A stretch of 64,000 bases of DNA from the NCBI GenBank assembly GCA_910592345.1, contig CAJVPI010000043.1, positions 1-64,000 of the forward strand. Reading direction: 5' to 3'. A model generated the notes under the pieces. It was not told the DNA's origin and made no database searches. It saw nothing but the letters and a program-made list of their open reading frames with translations. Position 1 is the first letter of the stretch, and every line of letters begins with the position of its first letter. Origin of the DNA: Paraglomus brasilianum. Its lineage: Eukaryota. The position numbers were made by a program, and so were the translations under genes. Shown piece after piece: positions 28,183 through 40,903 of this stretch.

Positions 28183-28330
28183 AAAGCAATAATGACAACA
28201 ATAACCATCACAACTGAAACAATAACAATAACATCTGCAACTGCAGCTGCAACTAACTGCAACAACAATCACAACGGCAACAACCACATAACAACGACAT
28301 CATCATCAGCAACAACATCAACGACAATAA
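28183..28330. repeat. Degenerate (CAA/ACA)n trinucleotide tract
   Basis: Visible CAA/CAT/CAG-rich run. Confidence 0.7.
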
Positions 28331-28343
28331 TTTGCGGTAAATA

Positions 28344-28500
28344 CACAGTTTAACGAAGGTCCGGTTTAACGAAGATGGCTTTATAACGAAGTTTTTTTTG
28401 GAACCGTTTCATTAAAAATAGAGCCCGCTTTAACGAATAGTCCGCATTAACAAAGTCAGGCGATGGAACGGAACACTTTGTTAAACCGGACTTTACTGTG
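28344..28500. mobile_element. pogo-like MITE with CACAGT...ACTGTG termini (157 bp)
   Basis: TA|CACAGT(ttaacg)AAGGTCCGGTTTAACGAAG ... CTTTGTTAAACCGGACTTTACTGTG|TA. Internal TAACGAA repeats. Confidence 0.85.
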
Positions 28501-30012
28501 TATAACGAATGCTATGCACATCGGCAATATGATGGTTTTAACCCCTGCGTGTCTATAGATGGCTTTCTCTTTATGAAAGGTATTTCATTTCAGGCTATTC
28601 TTTGTCGGATAACTGGATGCGAATCTGAGAACTGGCATTTCTGATGTTGCCATGAAGCTGATTTTACTAGTTAGTGCGAGTAATGATACTAATACTTGTT
28701 CAAACTTTGGTTCTTTGTGAAAAACTATAGTTTCATTCTGATTGGCTGTATCAATTATTTCAAGTTTCAAGTCAACCTCCCAGGCTCGAACATAAGACTT
28801 AAACCCGAAATGGGTTCGCAGTACGAAATATGGCCCTTTGTGTAGCAATATAACTGTAATTACAACCAATGATGTTTGAACAACCTCGCGGAAGCTTCGT
28901 TGATCAGAGTTTATTCTCCGACATACCTTCATAATTTGAAAGTGTCAAAAGCAAGGACATTTTTCACTTTGTAGTTTTAAGGATAATATTCCATTAATGT
29001 ATTGTAATCAAATAATATATTATAAACTTTCTCTACTACTACTCGATCCTTGAGGTACTGATATTGATTCTACTATTACAGGCAAGATTGAGTCATAGAA
29101 TATTTCTTCTGGATTTGTGTGTTATATGAATCGCCCAAGATATATTCCTCACGTCTTTTCATCTCGACCACCTTGGATTGTGGATTTATAATATTCACTC
29201 TTGTCAATGAGTTGTCAATCGAGATATTATTTGTATGATGCATCAGCCAAATCATTACTGTAAGTACATTGTATACTGCCTCGTGCAAGGTTTTTGTTTC
29301 TTCTCTCACAATAATCGAGAAACGATATTTTTAAACAAGTCTCGTGATTTTCAGCGTTACTTACCCAGCATGTATCTAAATCTTTCACCAAAAAAGGAAA
29401 GACATTACATTCTCTAGCCTGAATGACTTGTGGAAGAATTAGTCCCTATTCCTATATATATGAAAATGGAGCTGTTAGGGTATATTTTAATTTCCGATAA
29501 TGCTGTGTAAAAACCGTTTTAAACTTAATAGTAATAGTATACCAGATCATTCTCATCCTTAGAACAGTCCGCCAAGTATAATTTCACGAAAACAAAAACA
29601 GTCAACATTCCGGTTGGATTACAATACTAACAGTCCTATGAGCTATGAAGGAAACTTGTTAAATGAATAACACACGTAATACTTGGAGATGAGCAGTCAT
29701 TTAGAAATTAAAGCAAACCTATTCTTATCCAATTTGCAAGCATAATTGTATCACACTAAAAACAGCGTCCAAATCACCTGATCAAAATCCTATTCAACCC
29801 ATCTCTCCCCAACGAACTTTGCCAATTCCGGTCTCCCAATTAACGAAGTAAGTTTTTTCTTAAGATACTTGCTCAACGCTTTCTCCCTTCTCTGCACATA
29901 CGTTGTCAATTAACAAATTCTCTTCTCCTGTTACAATAACTTTTACATTTTGATACAAAATACCACGTCCCTTGTTCTGCGCCCCAACACCAATCTTATC
30001 AATTTCACAACC

Positions 30013-32940
30013 ATGAAGAGAAAACCCAAACGTCGCCTATCCACAACGGACTCACACGCTTCTTCTAGCACTTCTACTTATACGCACCCAATTTCCAGTA
30101 ACATTAGCTCTTCTTCTTTGCCTCTTCACAAACGTTTTCGAAGACACGCCACACGAGGGACACCCGTTCATGCACCATTCGTAAGTGATCCTGCGTGTAT
30201 AGATCATTCAGACGCATTTGACGACAACGACGACGACACAGAAGTTTATAGAAAGCACAGAAACAGCATGAATGATACAGTCAGTGTATCTTGCGGAAGC
30301 GAGAAAGAGAATAAAGAAAATAAAGAACGAATGGATTGTAAAGAATGTAGGGAAAAAGAGGATAATACAAAAGATCTTGATAAAGAGTCATGTAAAGCGA
30401 ATGTAGTAGGGAAAGAGAGAGAGAAAGTGAAAGAGAATGGTGAGAGAGAGAAAGAGAAAGAAAATGAAAACGATAAAGAAAAAGAAAAAGATAAAGGTAA
30501 AGGTAAAGATAAAGGTAAAGATAAAGGCAAAGATAAGGATAGAGACAAAGAAAGGGTCAAAGAGAAAGGCAAAGATGCGAAAATCCGAGGTAGAGATCGC
30601 GAAAGAGAAGCAACACAAGATCGAAGCGAGCATGCTTCGATGCTGCGGGCAGCGCAGGAAGAAATATTGGAATTGAAAAAAGAGATTAAAAGATTACAGG
30701 CAGAAGTATCGTTTAAAGATCAAGTGATCGAAAGTTTACACGCTCAGAGCAAGAAGCCTAAACCTGGTACGAGTTGGGTTGATGGGAATACTTTAGATTG
30801 AAGGGAAAGAGAGTGTTGACAAAACCGTAAATTGCTGTTGCAGGCTTGACGTGTGTAATCTGTGTTGAGTATATGAGTAATCCGTGCACAATATCCTGTG
30901 GACATACATTCTGTTATGAATGTTTATACGATTGGGTATGTTATTTAACAATCATTCTTGAGCGCTTTGTGCTCCTCAGTCTCGTGCTGTTTTTGTTGGT
31001 CCTTTTTTTTCCCCCTTGCGTCGTATTTACACAACTTTTTGCATCCTCTTGGAACTTAGCTGAAAATCCGACGCGAATGTCCAACCTGTAGGAAGAAAAT
31101 ATCTCAACGGCCGACACTTTCTTTCGTTGTAAAAGAACAAGTAGAAACTTACGTCGAGCAACTGGCTCCTGATGAACGCGAATCCGCTAAGGCTCGCTTA
31201 CGTGATAAGGAGGCTTCGCTGAAAGAACAGAGTGATCCCTGGAGTGAGGTATTTGGAGGTCACACGGTAGCAGTCATTGTGGATGATGCTGATGGAGTAA
31301 GGTTAGTATGTTATTGAGGGCTTCACTTTCCGCTTTTACTGTGATAGTATAGAAGTATTGGATGAAAGAATATGGAGAGACAGATCACAGATTAATAATC
31401 CGGTAGAGGAATATTCATTTGAGGAAAAGACGTCATTTCATAAATGTGCTTTAAATGATTTATTCACTCTTAATAGTCAAATTATTATAAGCAGTTTTAT
31501 GTTGAAATCTTCATTCACAATATCGTTCACAATATCATTCACAATTAACTGACTTTATATGACTTAAATTCGCAGACGATGTTCAAGGTGCGCTTGGGAA
31601 GGCAAGTTTCTCAGTGACTGGATTGGGTGACGGGAATAGGAGGACAATTGCGTAGTGTAATTGATAGTTGACCGTTATTGGGAATTTAGATACTCTACGT
31701 CCATTGTGAATGTGCATTTTATCCCTATTGTTTCCTAGTCACACCTTTTCATATTTCTTGTTTTAATCCAAGCGCCTTAATCTCTTCAGCATAAAATTGA
31801 TAATATTAACAAGTTTCAAATAATTTATATCATCCGCAACCTCAACGTTTTCCAGTAATCGGTAATGTGTGTGTACATTGTGGGGTTGACTACCGTGAGC
31901 GCACATACCGATTAGATGAAAGCGACCATGACCTAGGCCTTGACAGTGATGAATTCGACGACGACGATGATGACGATAGTGACGGACATCTCTTGTACTT
32001 CTATGAGAGAAATTCCTTCAGCGGCGGACGGGACATCGACTCCTATTCGGAGAACGACAGCATCCCGGATATCTTATCAGCCCGGGAATCGGATCCATAC
32101 GAGACAGATTCGACGGATCGATCGTATACAAACTCTGATACGCATAGTTTTATACAACAGCAATTACGGACACTATGGACTCAGGAATCACAGATAGAAC
32201 CTATATATGTAAATACATCTTCGCAGAGCTCAAACAGAGGACATCGTCGTGTGCCTTTAGCAACGTCAACAAGGAATTCATCCAGGCGTCAAGATAACGA
32301 GGATACTCCTCGTGGGAGCGAATCGTCTGATGGATACCATCCGTCTTCGTTGACAGTGTCGGATGATGACGAAGAGGAAGAGGAAGGTGAAGAGCATGGG
32401 AGTAAATCTGCTCGTTACCCTCTTCGATCAAGGAATTATTCTATCGTTTCAGATGATACTTCAGACGCACCTCGCACTCATCTAGCTCTTTCTCAAGGCA
32501 CACAATATCGTTTAAGATCTCCGATACTAGCAGCAACTATTCGTGGATCACCGGGATCATCGTCGAGATCACGCAATCAAGTACGTGAGACTGAAGACGA
32601 CGCCGACGACGATGACGACACCACCGATTCTGACCTTTCTTACCATAGTCACGATGATATACATTCTGATAGTTTGATATCGGATGATGCTGACGATGAT
32701 ACCTCTTCCAGTTCATCGGATGACGATATTAGCTATGAAAGCGGGCGACACTCGTTGTCTACTCTGGTCAGTGATGATGCAGAAGATTTTGATATACGCC
32801 GTCAACTACGCAGTATTGGAGCAGGACAAGTTCGACCATATGTGAGCGGAGAAAATTATACATCCGCTACTCGAAGCGGGGAAAGTTATACATCCGCTAC
32901 TCGAAGCGGAGATAGGAGGAGATGGATGGCAAGAGGATGA
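30013..32940 (+). CDS. Psh1-like C3HC4 RING E3 ubiquitin ligase (K/E/D-rich N-terminus, RING, second Cys cluster, acidic/Ser-rich tail)
   Basis: Spliced RING: LTCVICVEYMSNPCTISCGHTFCYECLYDWLKIRRECPTCR. It is followed by DDADGVRRCSRCAWEVIGNVCVHCG and a long acidic tail, the arrangement seen in fungal Psh1-type proteins. Confidence 0.8.
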
Positions 32941-35532
32941 GCATGGGAACGGACGAAGATGGAAGATGGTTGATGATAGGTGGTGTTACAACACGTGTAT
33001 AGGACGTGCTGTATGCACGTTCCTTGCCGACTTGAATAACCAATTGAAGACTATGTTGACGAGATATCCTGTATCTCGAACATTTCATTCCTTCAGGACA
33101 ATGGAATGATGGTATTATGTGGCCTTGCTCGGAATTTACAGATATAGAGTCGGTTCTGATCAACAAACTATCTATGACACTTTACAAAAAAAATAGACGA
33201 TAATATTGATTATGGTGATGATAAGATGGTGATAAGGTAATGACAAGATAACGAAGAAAGAAGTCAATTATAATGAGACAGCGATGTATTACGCGTTTGT
33301 CTGTGGCAGTAGACAACTTATAGATAGTTTGCTATTTATAGCATAGGGAAGTTTGATTTCATTGGTTTACAATAATCAGCATCTAAGAAGGAATATAATT
33401 GGTTAATAAATTTATGAACAAGCTACTATAATTTGAAGCTTCCGCTCAAAAATTCTTTCTATATCAATTTACCTCTGAGAGTAAAAGTGGCTTACGCTTA
33501 CCTGGGATAGCCAGACGAAATATTCCAGAAAGATTAAGGTTCATTACTAAACGCACAAATTGCACGTCATATTTTTTTTAAATAAAAAGCAAGTCACAAA
33601 CAAATTTAATTTTGAGTTATACTGTGCAGACTCCATTTGTCATAGTTTGAGTGAATGCAATGTTTTTAGAATAAATAAAAGAATAAGAATAAGAGTAGTA
33701 TCATCAGATTCAATGGACTTTATGCCGACTATGTAGACACTCCATTTAGTCCTGGCACGCGCATTTTCGAGTTTAAGTTCTTACCAGAATGTTCTTTATT
33801 TAATAGACTGAACGTTGGAGTTTTGTAGCATCCAATGGATGGTGAGTTCCATTTGCTAAGGATGAAATACAAATGTCACGTTTTCAGGTACAGCAAACGC
33901 CGAACGTTTATACAAGAATAAACAAAACTTGTACTCCTATGAGATAAGTGATAACGCGTTCCAGAGGCCATTTTTGTCCGTCCCGCGGAAAATGACGACG
34001 AAGGAGGGGAGCTCGTAACTCTCCACTCATTTCACTCACTCGTCAACCGACAGCAGCAGATGGTGCGGTCAGGCTAGAGAGAGCTACCTCCAATAGGGGG
34101 CGATAGAGGCCTCACGTTCACCTCACACGTCGTTTTTGAACTACCCCAGCAGCCTCAGCAAAAAAGCACTACTATCGCGAAGGACTTTTATTCAACAAAA
34201 CGCGTTGCGCTCACACTGTGTATAAGTACCCAGCAATGATAGTTGATTTGTGGCATGTGCATTACTGAGCGATTTATACAGCGAGTGAAGATGATATTGA
34301 AGCTGTCCAAGAGACACTGGTTGCACTCACCAAACAAGTGGCATCATTATCAGAAGAATTTCGGCAATTGCCGACTTTAGTTTGTTTACAGAGACTATCA
34401 AAGCCAAAGAAGATGATTTGGACAAAGTTTCTGCAAGGATAAAATTACTAGAAAATTTCATGGCATGACAAAACTATGTGGCATGTAAACAATTTCAAGC
34501 ATGAACTCCTACTCTTCTGTCTCGCATGCACTCCATTGCGTTGCCAGTTAGGCTTTAGTCGGAAGTTTAAACTCACCAGATCTCGCCAACTAGTATTGAT
34601 TCGACCCTATAATAATGGTGCTCAAGAAAAGGAAACATAAGAAACTGTACTGTTTGTGACTACTACATCAACACTTATCCTTGCTAAGCGGAAAAAGGAC
34701 CGAAAAAGTATCCACCTCTTCAACTTTGACTCTGATACATCAGAATGGATCTCATATACCTTGCCATTCCGTATTTCTCTAACAAGCTCTCATGTCTTGT
34801 TTACTATTTTGTGAAAATACATTACGCTCGATTGGGGGGTTTTCATTTCGAATACCAACCGTGTTTTCCTTAGAAGCATTAGAAAAGTAGCCTCCCATCA
34901 TAGGATAGATAAGAAAATCGCGTAATAATGCATCATGAAGACGGCTCCATGGAGACTTACATGGAAATAGATGACATTGAAAATGACGGGGCGGGACATT
35001 CGTCTAATAATCAGACGGCTTAGTGGGGTCATTCGGATCGTCTAAAATACGGATGGCTGAAAAGTTATTGACCTTTGTAGGCGTTGTAGAAGAAGAAAAT
35101 ATTACTATGACGCAACATGTCGTTGTTACTATGACGCAACTGATGGAAGAAATCCGCGAAATCCGCGATATTAATATTGTCAACAACTGACGTCGTGACT
35201 GATGCTACGGTGTAAACGGTGACGTATTCTCCTGAACTCCGACGCAGTAACACCACAGCTGACGTATACTGAGGACAATAGCTTAGACAATTAGTAATAG
35301 CAGCTAAAATAGATCAATTAGTCTGCTCGAAAGATATATAAGTAGCGTAGATTTCAGTTGGATAGAGTGTCAGTGCATGTGTAGAATGTTCTAATTACTT
35401 CGATTCCTTTATTATTATTGTAAATAAATGAGTAGTTCTTTATACTCTGAAATACGTTGTTAATGATGCATTCCCTGGTAACTTATCGGTATAGCTGAGA
35501 AACCGCTAATCCCTATATTAATATCGATGAAA

Positions 35533-35870
35533 TCCCTGTTCAGCTGCTCTCTCATATAACTCAAGTGACTCAAGTGCCTTTTTAATATCTGCTTGTACTC
35601 CAATTCCATTTTCATAATACAGGCCAAGAACATATTGTGCATAAGGATTTCCTTCTTTAACTCCTAATTGGCACAATTCAGTTACAACACTAATGTCAAC
35701 ATCTAATGTTTTTAACTTTTACTGACAAATGTGCTTGTTTTATCGCACTATCAACTGCTTTTGATTATCTTTTCTACTCCAGTTCCATTTTCATAACATA
35801 AAGCAAGACTAAATTGACAGTGGCAAGTCCTTGTTCAGCTGCTTTTTCGTTATAGTAGAATCCATGTATA
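35533..35870 (-). pseudogene. Decayed Sel1-like repeat gene fragment
   Basis: Frameshifted repeats: YNEKAAEQGLAT/QFSLALCYENGTGVEK and YAQYVLGLYYENGIGVQADIKKALE..LYERAAEQG. Confidence 0.85.
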
Positions 35871-36100
35871 AATGCACGAGTACTAAATAATGAAAAAACT
35901 TTTTCAGCGTAAACAGTGTTACTAAATAACTTAAACAATTTTACATTCCTAACATTTATCAATTTATCCTTGTCGCCACCTTCCTTCAGCTCAACTAAAC
36001 GGTTACTTCGTCTCAAGCACTCGACCAATCCACCCTCCGACAAACATTAACCACACTAAACTCACTTACACAAGATTCCTTCACTATTAACTATTAACTG

Positions 36101-36177
36101 ATTCTAGCTCAAAAAAGTGCCCTAATAAAGAATGTGAATTTTCAACTAGACATATTAATATTTACGCGTTTGTTGGA
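36101..36177 (+). repeat. Dispersed ~60-bp repeat, copy 2
   Basis: Matches 22093-22152. Confidence 0.75.
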
Positions 36178-38836
36178 ATTAACTCAATATATGCAGTTGT
36201 ATAGCAAGCTGTACACATCGGAGACGGTATGTACGTGATGAAATTCGCCGTACGTTAATACTGTAAGATAAAGCTTAAAATAAAAATAATTGGTTGTCCT
36301 TGCTTGCGATGTTACTGTTGTTTTGGCTGGTTTCACTATGTTTATATTTCTTATTTTGCGAAAATAACCCAGTTTGGAAAAAGGCGAGCGGGCATGCTGA
36401 CATCAATTGGTTTATTCTGCTTTATACTTACGTTCTATGTCGGACATACAAGTTGACATTCTTCTTAACAGACTGATAGAATAGAGAACTTGAATACTAC
36501 TACTGCGTGATACGCCTATAAAATTGGGTTTGTACAGAAATACTTTAAGCAAAAGGTACAATATACAATGTTTATATTGTAGTATTAATATAGGTACTGT
36601 ATTTCGTTAGAAATTACTGTATTTATTAGATATAATTGGTTGTGGTGGGAAGATGTGTATACACGTACATTAAAGGAAGTTTTGACAATTTTGGAGTTTT
36701 TTTTTGTGTTGTGACGCTGTCGTTCTGAATGTTAATTTGTTGTTTCGTCGCCTTGTTTTCCAAATCTTCTTTTCCACCCCAACATGTCACTACACACGAG
36801 GAAGCAAGGTACGAGTCTACATATTTTTAATTCTCTTTCCCAAAGGAATGTTTCATGTTTTTTGGTAGCCATGATCTACGTGGAATGTTTCTTGGCTACC
36901 AGATAAGAGGTTTATTCTTGGTATTAGTCGAATTTGTAAATATGTGGTTTCGGATAATCTATGTAACGTTTGTTTTCTGTCAACCACGTCGTTTGTTCGT
37001 TGTCTCAGTTATGTGGTATTCCTCTCGGTTGGAGAAGTATTCCCTTATCCACATTATTTAATAGTTTGTTCTTGCATTGTTGTCTTTCGTTCTATTTTGA
37101 GCTGATTTATATCTTTTATCAAACTGTATGTATGCAGTTATGTCTGGGATTAGTAAGGACATGGAATACAATGTTTACACGTTGCGTTCAGTTAATAGTT
37201 TTGCTCGTGTGAATATCTATGTCAATGTATCATATATGAGATCGCGAATGATGCAGATACAGTAGTTATTATTCGAAAGGTTTAGATGTCGGATTATTTC
37301 TACCGTATTAGTATGGCAAATAGAGAGAGGTAAATCTTTCAGCTATGTTAATAAATTGTGCATGAGTTGATTCTTCTCTAATTCTCCATAAGTGTACGAT
37401 TCAATAAAAATTTCCATATAAGTACTGTCAATATTGTTAAATTGGTCAAGACAACCTTGAACTTGGATATCAACCCGATGACTGTTGGATATTAATGGAC
37501 GCGGAAATGTCTTCAAAGATTAAGAGCAGTCCAACAGCCTTAGTTGTTTTCAAATCCTGATTATTATTATTGGAGTTATTTACTGCTTTTGCAGTGTCAG
37601 TCTTACGGGGAATTATGTCTTATTATAAAACAATATTGAAATATCCCCTAAATGCAGGCTTCACTCTAAGTACTATTAACCCTAACGACCTGTACTTAGG
37701 AAGAGTCCGCTGTAATAAATTTCTACATAAATAATGCGCTTCCACAATAAGATCGTTGTAATGTTATACAATCTCTTGTTAAAATAGCGACCGATTGTTA
37801 AAAGCGCGCTTTCTTTGAAAAATTTTACTTAACTTACGAGCCGATTGACAATGGTACGAACTCTGACTTTAATTTGAAGGAATCTCTTGAAGATAGGGTA
37901 TATATTTGTATGAACATAATATCTGTGCACATAATAAGGTTAAGCACAATAATAGAGATATGGTTGATTAAACGGTGTCAAGTAGTATATGTTGTGCGTA
38001 AATGTTTCTTCAATTTTCGTACATGGCAGGTAAAATGGTCTTGGGTAAGTTCAACGTAATAATAAGCACAACTTACTAATGATTTTTAATTTGACTTTAC
38101 CTGGATTTATGATCTAATACTAACTTTTGAATCGAACGTTGTTTATCTGATGTCGTATAATAGTTTATAGTATATTGTATTATGCTATGAAAGAACCCAC
38201 TTCTTCAAAAGACACGAAGCAACAAATGTCTTATTTTTCGTATTGAGATGGGATGCCAAAAGTCATAGTTCGGGATAAAATTTCTGTCAATGTTCCAACA
38301 AATCTTGTAGCGACACTGTACATGACAACAATAAAAAGTCGTAAATGATAGCGATAATTGGTGTAAATCTTCTCGGTTAACCACACCCCTTCCTCCTCAG
38401 ACTGTTTCCATTTATCGATTGTTGAGCAAATAAAGTTCATAATAATAATAATAGAAATTCTTCCAGGATTCAGTCTTCTTTGCATATTGGCTTGCAGACA
38501 ATTCATGATAAAAATGTAAATGGTAATAGTATATAGTTGGTCACCAATAGTAATACTCGGCACGAAAAATCGGTTTATCGATGGACGTTGAAAAAAGTGA
38601 CATCTGCAAGTATTTGTTTTGTGCAATGTGCACAATGCTTCCAAGTTTACCTACCTTCCATCTATTGTGATACGACCCACCCAAAAAGGTCAAATTGTGG
38701 TACATAACTGGAATCAGTAATCGCTATCTGGCCTATATAAAGCGTAATTTCGTCTCTTCGATTATGCTCAATTTGATTTTCCCGTGTTTGTCACTTTGTT
38801 ATAGCCCTGATCCGTAACAACCACACATAACAACGA

Positions 38837-40315
38837 ATGTCTGAAAAACGGAAAAAACTGGAAGAGCTTGCAGCCAAGAGAAAGGCAGAGCAGGCAGACG
38901 AGACTAATCAAAAGTGAGTTCGGAGGTGTAGAATTATAGTTAGCGTATACTAGATCAGTCTCTTTGCATTTGGGTAATAAAGTGTGTTTTTGATACCGCT
39001 GTATGCATTATTCAACGTAATTACATGTAATGATACTCATCAAATGGATTGCTATTTTACATGTTCAAGACAAGCAGAAAAGGTCAAGCCTAAGCCGCAA
39101 GCACAAGTACAACAAAAGCATAAAACAGCTTCTAGTGGAACTTCCGCTGGACCTTCCAAGAAAATCTCAGCTGGAGGGACAATGCGCTCTTCAGCTAAAC
39201 CAGCTGCGGCTCCACCCCGTACAAATGCTAAGCCTTTTAGTGGTCGTCGGCTGAACGAGGATGATTATGATGAAGGAGATGGCTTTATAGTGGATGATGA
39301 CGAAGGTACGTTGATGTCGGATAACGCAGCAAAATACAATCACATTGCGATATGGATTTTTGCCAAAAATGCAATAATAAGAGAAATCAGAGAAGAAAAT
39401 GTCGCAGCATAGGTGCTCAAACTGCGTGGATTGTTCTTATTTGTGCTTGTTTATACGTGTATTTTGTGGTCTTTCAGTAGTTAATTGCTGTTGTAAGAGA
39501 TTTTTTTGCACAAGATTGGGTTTTATGACTTGCTGGATTTATTTACCTCTATATTGTTACACTTGATCTTGAATTTTTTATAGGTGAAGACATAAACGAT
39601 GGTGTTCACAACTGACTAGGTGGCCTAACATATAAATGCATATTTCTGGTTTTCTGTAGATGAGGTTACAACATCCTCGAGCGATTCAGAAGACTATACA
39701 TCGGAGCCATCTGGTTCTGATGAAGCATTGTCCAAGAAGAGAAAGAAATCTGGCTCGACGAGATCAAGGAAGGTATAATGAATAGCCAAGTGATATTAAA
39801 TTGATATACAAAATTGATTTCTTGCCGATACGTTTACGCGTGAACGTTTACTATAAATTGGCTTTTTTTTTTTTTTACGTGCACCTGTGTTTATTACACA
39901 TTGAACTCTCAATGGCAACAGAAAATTAAAGGGAAGCCTAAGAAGAAAGTATCGAGTGATGATGAATCGGATGATGTAATGAGACAAAAGCAAAAGTCAA
40001 GGACGGTTGACGATGAAGTCTATGATAGTGATGAAATAAGTGAGTGGAGGTTGACTTTTGAATTTTAATTATCTGCTGACACGCTAAGCAAACTATGGTC
40101 AATTGATACAGAACAAGATGCTGCAGATCTAGATGCTTCCAACATTATAACTGGTGGCAGAAGGACAAGAGGAAAGAAAATAGATTTTTCCGTTTTTGGT
40201 CCAGGTGAGAGACGAATATCATCAAGAATTATTGTTGTTAGTTTGTCATTTGTTTCGTACCGTTGACGACATTTATAAACGATGAATCGCATTAATAGAT
40301 CCAGAAGACGAATGA
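38837..40315 (+). CDS. CHZ-motif histone chaperone (Chz1/HIRIP3-like), multi-exon
   Basis: Starts MSEKRKKLEELAAKRK and continues through charged low-complexity exons (including DGFIVDDDE). The penultimate exon reads DLDASNIITGGRRTRGKKIDF (CHZ motif). Ends PEDE*. Confidence 0.8.
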
Positions 40316-40903
40316 AATTATCTTCTGTTGTCTGGTGTCAATGTCTCTTAATCTTCCTGTCATGTAAATATTTAGGAAGATGAACAGATGCAACCAATAT
40401 GCTAACTCGATACCATGACATAGTCGATTACAGCTCATAGCATTTTGTAAATTTTACAGCTGACATCTTATCATCCCTTACTTCATTATTTGCTGTCGAG
40501 GTGTGGATATTGGTGGGAATTATCTGCTATACATCAAGTTGGTTTATTAACAAGTACTCTGATTACTCCTATCTCTTTAGTATCTCCAATGTAAAGAAAT
40601 GAATATTACAACTGAGATATAAATTTGCAATTGGCTCATTCGACTGAGGAGTAGAAATAATGCTCTCTTCATATGTATTTGCTTTTTCTAACCAAATGTA
40701 AAAACTATGAGATTTAATTCATGTTAGAATTGAATTAATGTTCAATAATGATAGGTTAGTTTCAACTGATATAAAATCCATTTACAGAGACATTTGTATA
40801 TAAAATATATCTGGTGTCAACTTTTAATGTCCCACATGATAATGGGATTTTAATTGAGAAATATTCATAAATAAGTATATAATAGTTGTCATATTATCTA
40901 AAG

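Noticed and set aside
25383..29417. Several 60-115-aa ORFs in the gene-poor interval
   Set aside because: No recognisable motifs or consistent splice model; at most unassignable decayed sequence.
30246..30676. Hydrophobic (SL/SF-repeat) antisense ORFs
   Set aside because: They are shadows of the KDKG/EKE low-complexity coding region.
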